Below are positions 26,314 through 32,000 of a stretch of 32,000 nucleotides of DNA, piece after piece (position 1 is the first letter of the stretch; each line of letters begins with the position of its first letter). The translations under genes were made by a program, and so were the position numbers. Source of the DNA: Candidatus Kuenenia stuttgartensis. Lineage in GTDB: Bacteria; Planctomycetota; Brocadiia; Brocadiales; Brocadiaceae. The notes below the pieces were generated by a model. That model worked only from the letters and a program-made list of their open reading frames with translations. It searched no databases and had not been told where the DNA came from. Where the stretch lies: contig NZ_LT934425.1 of NCBI RefSeq assembly GCF_900232105.1, positions 3,840,001 through 3,872,000 of the forward strand, read 5' to 3'.

Positions 26314-26339
26314 GGGTTCAGGTTTACAAACCTGAACCC
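26314..26339. repeat. Third copy of the GGGTTCAGGTT palindrome
   Basis: GGGTTCAGGTTT-AC-AAACCTGAACCC. Confidence 0.9.
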
Positions 26340-26436
26340 GTCGGGAGTCGTGTAATGTTTACACTGAATAGTTAGCTTATATCTTTTCTTTGCACCCTCT
26401 ACCGCCTCAGCGATAAATCTTGTATTTTCTCCCAAC

Positions 26437-27126
26437 TCAAACAAAGAATATACAACCACTATCATATAAATATTCATCGGAAAGGCAGACAATCTCAAGA
26501 CCAAGATTCAATAAGTGTTCTTTTAATAGCTGCCCGTCCGCGTGCAGCCCGATATTTCCATTAAAAAATATGCTTTTCCCCAACACTCCTGCTGCGCCTC
26601 CGATAAAGCCGTTTTTATGATTCCGTATGCGTATTTCTTCGGGGTTAAAATAAAAACAGGAAAATCCCTTTCCCAACAATACCTTTTCTATTCCCCTGTC
26701 AGAGGTGACATAGTTGTTTCCGTACAAATGGACAAGGCTGCATCGTGTATAGGCCTGAGGCAATTGAATAAACTCTTTCTCTCTGTTTATTTCTAAAATT
26801 ATCGGGTCAGTATATCCATGTTTGTGAAATAAGAAATCAGGCGTACCAAGGCAGTTATATTGGACGCTGTTGCCGGGATCATTTCCTACATCCATTTTTC
26901 CTTTTAGATAGGCAATACTATGGCGCTCTAAAAATTCGAATAACCCAACTGGTGCATTTGGAGCAACCACAAGGTGGTCGTTATCCTGGTAAAGGAAAAT
27001 ATCCGGATGCCCCGAAATGGAATCGTACGTCAGTCCGTTCGTTTGAAACGCAAAGACGCCTTCAACGTATCCCTTTAACGTGGAGATCACCCTTTTCGAC
27101 GATCTGGAATCAATTATCGCAAACAT
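26437..27126 (-). CDS. DUF6873-like protein of unknown function
   Basis: 229 aa ORF with GHPDIFLYQDNDHLVVAPNAP, DRGIEKVLL, GFIGGAAGVLGKSIFFNGNI; family name is from recollection of the pattern. Confidence 0.6.
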   Translation of the reverse strand: MFAIIDSRSSKRVISTLKGYVEGVFAFQTNGLTYDSISGHPDIFLYQDNDHLVVAPNAPVGLFEFLERHSIAYLKGKMDVGNDPGNSVQYNCLGTPDFLFHKHGYTDPIILEINREKEFIQLPQAYTRCSLVHLYGNNYVTSDRGIEKVLLGKGFSCFYFNPEEIRIRNHKNGFIGGAAGVLGKSIFFNGNIGLHADGQLLKEHLLNLGLEIVCLSDEYLYDSGCIFFV

Positions 27127-28180
27127 CTATTTGATACCGAGAAAAAGTATGGTTACCTGTGAACTGAACAGTATACCCCCTTGATTGTAATTGCGCCTTG
27201 TTGGCCTGCTTGTACCCTATGGCATAATGTATCTGCTTATCGGAAACAGATATCCTGATGTTACTTGATGTATTTTCTTTCAATTTGGCATGAATGATCT
27301 CTTCCCATATCTTTGTCATAACCATTTCCTTAAAAGCAGGGTGAAATGGCCCGTCTATCAGGGATTTTCCGGCAACGAGTTCATCGGACGGATGCAGTCC
27401 CATCCGTATGACGGATACGTTGTTACTTTCAAATATACGCACAAGATCCTTTGTCCACACTACCGCCTGTTCAAGTGATAACGGAATATACTTCCCCTCC
27501 CGATACCGCTTTTCCAGGGCGGTTCCCTTCACAATAATTGCAGGATAAATTCTCGTATTACGGGCGCCGAATGAAACGATATCGTTGGCGGTTTGAATGG
27601 ATCGTTTGTAACTGTCTTCCGGCAGGCCTATCATCATCTGAAGACCAAGTTCGAAACCATATGTGCGGATCATCCGGGAGGCATTTTGAATATCTTCGCG
27701 GGTATGCCCGCGTCCTGATTGATTTAAGACCTTCTGGCTGGTTGACTGCGCACCCAGCTCAATGGTAGTTACGCCGTATTTCTTCAGCAATTCAAGGATG
27801 GTTTCATTGATATAGTCGGGTCTGGTTGACAATCTGATGCCCGATACCTTCCCGTTTTTTACAAACCCGTAGGCCTCTTTCAAATACTGTTCCTGAAGAT
27901 CAACAGGTATCCCCGTAAAACTTCCGCCAAAAAAGGCGATGTTTATGATTCTGTTTTCGGGTATTGTTTCAAGGTATTGCGCGACAATATGCCGAATCTC
28001 TTTTGGCTGCGGGATGGAATACGTTCCGCTTATTTTCGCCTGATTGCAGAAGACACATTGGTGTGGGCAGGCAAGCTCCGGGATGAATATAGGTATATTA
28101 GAATATTTTTTCACGATAACCTCGCAAAAGTGTATCATAATGTTTACCATACCATTATTTAATAGTATAGGAATTTTCAT
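27110..28180 (-). CDS. Elp3/HemN-like radical SAM protein
   Basis: CPHQCVFCNQ (CxxxCxxC cluster motif), FFGGSFTGIP, STRPD.I, GVTTIELGAQS, LQMMIGLPED. The true start may be internal to the track ORF. Confidence 0.9.
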   Translation of the reverse strand: MKIPILLNNGMVNIMIHFCEVIVKKYSNIPIFIPELACPHQCVFCNQAKISGTYSIPQPKEIRHIVAQYLETIPENRIINIAFFGGSFTGIPVDLQEQYLKEAYGFVKNGKVSGIRLSTRPDYINETILELLKKYGVTTIELGAQSTSQKVLNQSGRGHTREDIQNASRMIRTYGFELGLQMMIGLPEDSYKRSIQTANDIVSFGARNTRIYPAIIVKGTALEKRYREGKYIPLSLEQAVVWTKDLVRIFESNNVSVIRMGLHPSDELVAGKSLIDGPFHPAFKEMVMTKIWEEIIHAKLKENTSSNIRISVSDKQIHYAIGYKQANKAQLQSRGYTVQFTGNHTFSRYQIDVCDN

Positions 28181-28605
28181 TTTTTAATGTATGTTTGCGG
28201 GCAAGTGTTGTTGTAACATATTTATTTGTTAGCGGATATGATAGCCGCCACATGTAGTGGCGAGGCGTGCCTTGCTACGACATTAAATGTTTAGCGATTT
28301 CAATATTTTAAGTTAAGCAATGAATAAACCCACCCCTCAATCCCCTTCTGTTAAGGGTTGACAAAATTGTGGATGAAGGAATGTTTGCGCTTACAGGCAA
28401 AAAAACCACTAAAGACGCCTGACGCTGTTTTTTTATACACCGGGGAGGGTGTTGTACTTATGTTTATACACATCTTTTTCGTTTCCCTAGAGTCATTGTG
28501 GCGAGGGAGAAGATACATTAAGAAATTTAGCTGGGCACAGAAACACTGAATAATTATAATCATCTCTTTTGAGTAAATACAAACTGTATTACAAGGAGAT
28601 GACGG

Positions 28606-29385
28606 ATGAATAAAGGAATACCAGAGTGATTATGCGGAAGGCCGTTTATCCACGACGCCCTTCAGGCAATCATGGAGGAAGTTCAAGGCGGGTATAGTTT
28701 ATCGAGGATGGAAATAGCCAGACGTGTTTGTAGTCGGTTAAATTGGGGCAATGCGTTAGGGGGCAGCCGCAATTAATGAGTTGTCGGGTAGGGCTATTAC
28801 GGTTGCATTGTTTAGGCTTGATAGAATTACCACCGCCGCTGACGCGCAATGGGAATGGCCAAGGACTGGTGCGGCAAAAAGCAAAGCTTCCGCTGCTAAG
28901 CGTATTGGAGACGGACATTCAAAGCCTGACGGATTGGTTTTTTTCAACCACGTGACTCTTGCTGTTACGCCAGAGCGTCTTTGTCTGGGCGTGTTAGACG
29001 CAGAACTGTGGGTGCGCGACTTTGAAGACCGCGATAAAAATGACAAGCGAAAACAAAAGCCTATCGGGGAAAAGGAAAGTTATCGTTGGCTGGAAGGTTG
29101 CCGTAGAGTCTGTGAGTTAAGCGAACAACTCACCCGGCACAATGCTCGTAAGCATTTCAGATCGGGAAGGTGATATCTACGAATGGCAGATAGAGATATA
29201 TTTTAAAGTATTAAAGAGCGGTTGCAAGATAGAAGAGCGCCAATTGGAGACAGCGGAGCGTATCAAGCCGTGTATTGCTCTTTATATGATAGTGGCATGG
29301 CGGGTATTGTTTGTTACCATGTTTGGAAGGGAATGCCCGGATTTGCCGTGTACAGCGCTTTTCTAGGATGATGAATGGAAACTCG
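28606..29385 (+). pseudogene. Decayed DUF4338 (DruA-like) / IS4-family Tn5-type transposase gene
   Basis: RBS AAGGAG then MNKGIPE*LCGRPFIHDALQAIMEEVQGGYSLSRMEIARRVCSRLNW (frame 1), QPQLMSCRVGLLRLHCLGLIELPPPLTRNGNG (frame 2), HVTLAVTPERLCLGVLDAELWVRDFEDRDKNDKRKQKPIGEKESYRWLEGCRRVCELSEQL, SDREGDIYE, ALYMIVAWRVLFVTMFGRECPDLPCTALF*DDEW. Confidence 0.82.
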
Positions 29386-29559
29386 AATCGCCTTAAACGC
29401 CAATACCTACAAGGCTTTCACGGTAATTAATATTGGTTATTATAGTTTATAATAAGTAAATAAACTGAATCATTTTGTACACATTGTATTGTTTTTGCCA
29501 AAAGAGGAAACACGGGCGAAACAATTATTTTCCCCAAACTATTTTCAAACTGGTTTTTT

Positions 29560-30378
29560 ATGATTGAAAAAAAAACAGACTTAATAACCACGTGTTTTTT
29601 TCAGAATTTATTGGAATATAGCGAAATTAGCCATTTTATAACTACCAGGATGGATGGTTATAGTCATAATCCTTATAATTATCTAAACCTAGGGTTTCAC
29701 GTAGGCGATGATTCAAATACTGTTGTAGAAAATAGAAAACGGCTGGCAAATTCAATGGGCATTCCGCTGGAAAATTTTACCACATCACAACAGATACATA
29801 CGGATAATATCGAGATTATATTGGAGAACCGCCGTGGTTGTGGGGCTAATGATTATAAAACGGCAGTAGCTGCGACGGATGCAATGGTAACTTCTGTTCA
29901 AAATATTTGCCTTATGGTGCTCGTAGCAGATTGTGTGCCTGTTCTTTTTTTTGATGTGAAGAAAAAAATAATTGGGTCTGTACATGCGGGGTGGAAGGGA
30001 ACTGTTCATCGGATATCGCAAAAAACAGTGATGTTGATGAAAGATAAATTTGGGAGTTCGGGGGATGATATCCTTGTAGGTATTGGCCCTTCAATAGGGC
30101 CGTGTTGCTACAAGGTAGATATAGCGACAATCGTTAAGAGTAATAACGATTTAAAAGAGAAAAGTGATATAGTTTTACATGAAAAACATGATGGCAAAGG
30201 GCATTTTGATTTATGGACAACGAACAAATTACAGCTTATAAAAATGGGTATTCCGGAGAAAAATATAGAAATAGCTGAAAGGTGTACTTCCTGTAATAAT
30301 GCCCTTTTTTATTCATATCGAAAAGAAAATGGGAGAACAGGAAGATTTGGTGTGGGGATCATGCTCAGGAGTAAATAA
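29560..30378 (+). CDS. pgeF: YfiH/PgeF-family multicopper-oxidase-like protein (peptidoglycan editing factor / purine nucleoside phosphorylase family)
   Basis: LNLGFHVGDDSNTVVENRKRLA, QQIHTDNI, ATDAMVTSVQNICLMVLVADCVPVLFFD, GSVHAGWKGTVHRI, GIGPSIGPCCYKVD. Confidence 0.92.
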   Translation: MIEKKTDLITTCFFQNLLEYSEISHFITTRMDGYSHNPYNYLNLGFHVGDDSNTVVENRKRLANSMGIPLENFTTSQQIHTDNIEIILENRRGCGANDYKTAVAATDAMVTSVQNICLMVLVADCVPVLFFDVKKKIIGSVHAGWKGTVHRISQKTVMLMKDKFGSSGDDILVGIGPSIGPCCYKVDIATIVKSNNDLKEKSDIVLHEKHDGKGHFDLWTTNKLQLIKMGIPEKNIEIAERCTSCNNALFYSYRKENGRTGRFGVGIMLRSK

Positions 30379-30429
30379 CACTCCGGGCCTTTTTCTCACC
30401 CACGCCATAGCAAGATATGCGGTATTGCA

Positions 30430-31293
30430 CTACCTTAAATATTTACCAAAAACAACCTCTAATTTCTTTTTCGTCTCTTCTGGAACAATGTCCTTATTGG
30501 TAATAATAGCATCCTTTGCCGCAGTAGCGCAAATACATGTCCTACTTTGCTTAATTTTGGGAATAGCTATTTTGAGTATTTTTTTTGCCATTTCCGCATT
30601 TTTGTTAAGATTTGAGATAACCATTTCTAATGTAACGTGATCTTCTTCCTCATGCCAGCAATCATAATCTGTAGCCATTGCAAGTGTACTGTAACATATT
30701 TCAGCTTCTCTGGCTAATTTCGCCTCTTGGAGATTAGTCATGCCTATAACGCTTACACCCCATTGGCGATACACATGTGATTCTGCGCGTGTAGAAAAAA
30801 GGGGTCCTTCCATGCATAAATACGTGCCACCTTTATGTACACGGGCGTTCACGGATTTTGCTGATTCATGTAATAGTGTGGCAAGGTTATTGCAAACAGG
30901 ATCGGCGAAGCTTACATGGCCTACAATGCCATTGCCAAAGAAAGTATTTATTCTACCACGGGTTCTGTCAAAAAACTGGTCAGGGATGACGATATCTAAA
31001 GGCTTTATTTCTTCTTTCATACTTCCTACAGCGCTTACGGCAATAATATGCCCAACGCCCAGCCTTTTCATTCCATAGATATTCGCCCTAAAATTGAGTT
31101 CAGAAGGCAATATAGTATGTCCCTTTCCATGTCGTGGTAAAAAAGCGACCCTTTTTCCTTCTAAAATTCCTAAAGTAAAATTATCGGAGGGTTTGCCGAA
31201 TGGAGTATCGATAGACAAAGATTCTACGTCGGTGATGCCTTCGATATCGTAAAGTCCACTCCCACCAATTATTCCAATCGTTTGTTCCTGCAT
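30430..31293 (-). CDS. mtnP: S-methyl-5'-thioadenosine phosphorylase
   Basis: IGIIGGSGLYDIEG, FLPRHGKGHTILPSELNFRANIYGMKRLGV, AVGSMKEEIKPLDIVIPDQFFDRT, CMEGPLFSTRAES, IGMTNLQEAKLAREAEICYSTLAMATDYDCW. Confidence 0.94.
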   Translation of the reverse strand: MQEQTIGIIGGSGLYDIEGITDVESLSIDTPFGKPSDNFTLGILEGKRVAFLPRHGKGHTILPSELNFRANIYGMKRLGVGHIIAVSAVGSMKEEIKPLDIVIPDQFFDRTRGRINTFFGNGIVGHVSFADPVCNNLATLLHESAKSVNARVHKGGTYLCMEGPLFSTRAESHVYRQWGVSVIGMTNLQEAKLAREAEICYSTLAMATDYDCWHEEEDHVTLEMVISNLNKNAEMAKKILKIAIPKIKQSRTCICATAAKDAIITNKDIVPEETKKKLEVVFGKYLR

Positions 31294-31793
31294 TTAATAT
31301 TTCTCCTTGTACATTATCTGTGTAAAGTAAAAGTGAGATTATGCTAAAATTATGTTGCCGGTGTCAATACATAAAATTTAGGAATAATTATTCTGCGTCG
31401 AATATTTTTGGCATAAATCTGACATAAATAAAGATCCTCTTTTCTTTGAAGGCTATCATTACATTATTGAGTTATTTTTAGGGGACAAATTACTAAAATA
31501 CTATCGATGCGTAAGAATAGCGCGGCATGATTCATTTGCGTTAAATAAAACAGTAGAAAACACTTGAAAACCAAATATGAAATCAATTAAACTATAAAAG
31601 TTTTTGCGCCTCATTGCACTGGCAAGCGGTAAAATTGGGTAACTACATCTTTATGATACGTTATTTTTTGAAAAATAACCCTTGGAGGATTAAATATTAA
31701 TAGCATACCTATTATTTAATTTTTTTATAATCGTAACATTTTTATTAGTAATGTATTAAGTTAATTCTTTGCTTTCAAAATAAAATAGAAAAT

Positions 31794-32000
31794 ATGGTTA
31801 AAGTAACATTACCTGACGGAACTAAAAAGGATTTCGAAGATAATATAACTATTGGTGAGGTCGCAAGTAACATAAACAGCAAGATGGGAGGGATCGCATT
31901 GGCTGCGAGGGCGGACGGAGTTCTGGTAGACCTTAATTATCCTATAAAAGATGATATTTCTCTTTCTGTTATTACGGAAGAAACACAGGAGGGACTGGAA
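31794..32000 (+). CDS. thrS: Threonyl-tRNA synthetase N-terminus (TGS domain), partial
   Basis: MVKVTLPDGTKKDFEDNITIGEVASNINSKMGGIALAARADGVLVDLNYPIKDDISLSVITEETQEGLE is a typical thrS TGS domain; open to the right edge. Confidence 0.88.
   Translation, partial: MVKVTLPDGTKKDFEDNITIGEVASNINSKMGGIALAARADGVLVDLNYPIKDDISLSVITEETQEGLE

Noticed and set aside
30299-31078. Plus-strand ORFs opposite mtnP (30299-30640, 30740-31078)
   Set aside because: Antisense to the strongly supported mtnP-like gene; no features of their own.

Overview
This 32 kb window resembles an anammox-type planctomycete (Kuenenia/Brocadia-like) by gene content; that assignment is inference only. Main blocks: (1) a partial IS200/IS605 tnpA at the left edge; (2) a four-CBS-domain protein with a possible ribosome-hibernation-factor-like C-terminus; (3) a decayed strip holding a RAYT-type Y1 transposase remnant and a frameshifted DUF1501 pseudogene; (4) a hybrid histidine kinase with degenerate receiver domains; (5) a Bat-type aerotolerance operon (MoxR, DUF58, BatD-like, VWA, TPR, VWA); (6) an FMN-binding glutamate-synthase-family protein with a Lys/Ala-rich tail; (7) a PIN/UPF0175-like toxin-antitoxin pair with a frameshifted toxin; (8) three cobalamin riboswitch candidates, a decayed porin, and an operon of TonB-dependent receptor, DUF4430, exported and membrane-anchored CobN-like chelatase, MotA/TolQ/ExbB channel and DUF2149; (9) a DUF6873-like protein and an Elp3-like radical SAM protein; (10) a decayed DUF4338 (DruA-like)/Tn5-type transposase fusion; (11) pgeF-like, mtnP-like and the start of thrS. 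The best candidate for an under-described system is block 8. It has the architecture of the Bacteroides hmu (HmuR/S/U/V) dechelatase operon but is preceded by a cobalamin riboswitch and carries a DUF4430 protein, which suggests a corrinoid- or cobalt-processing system at the cell envelope.
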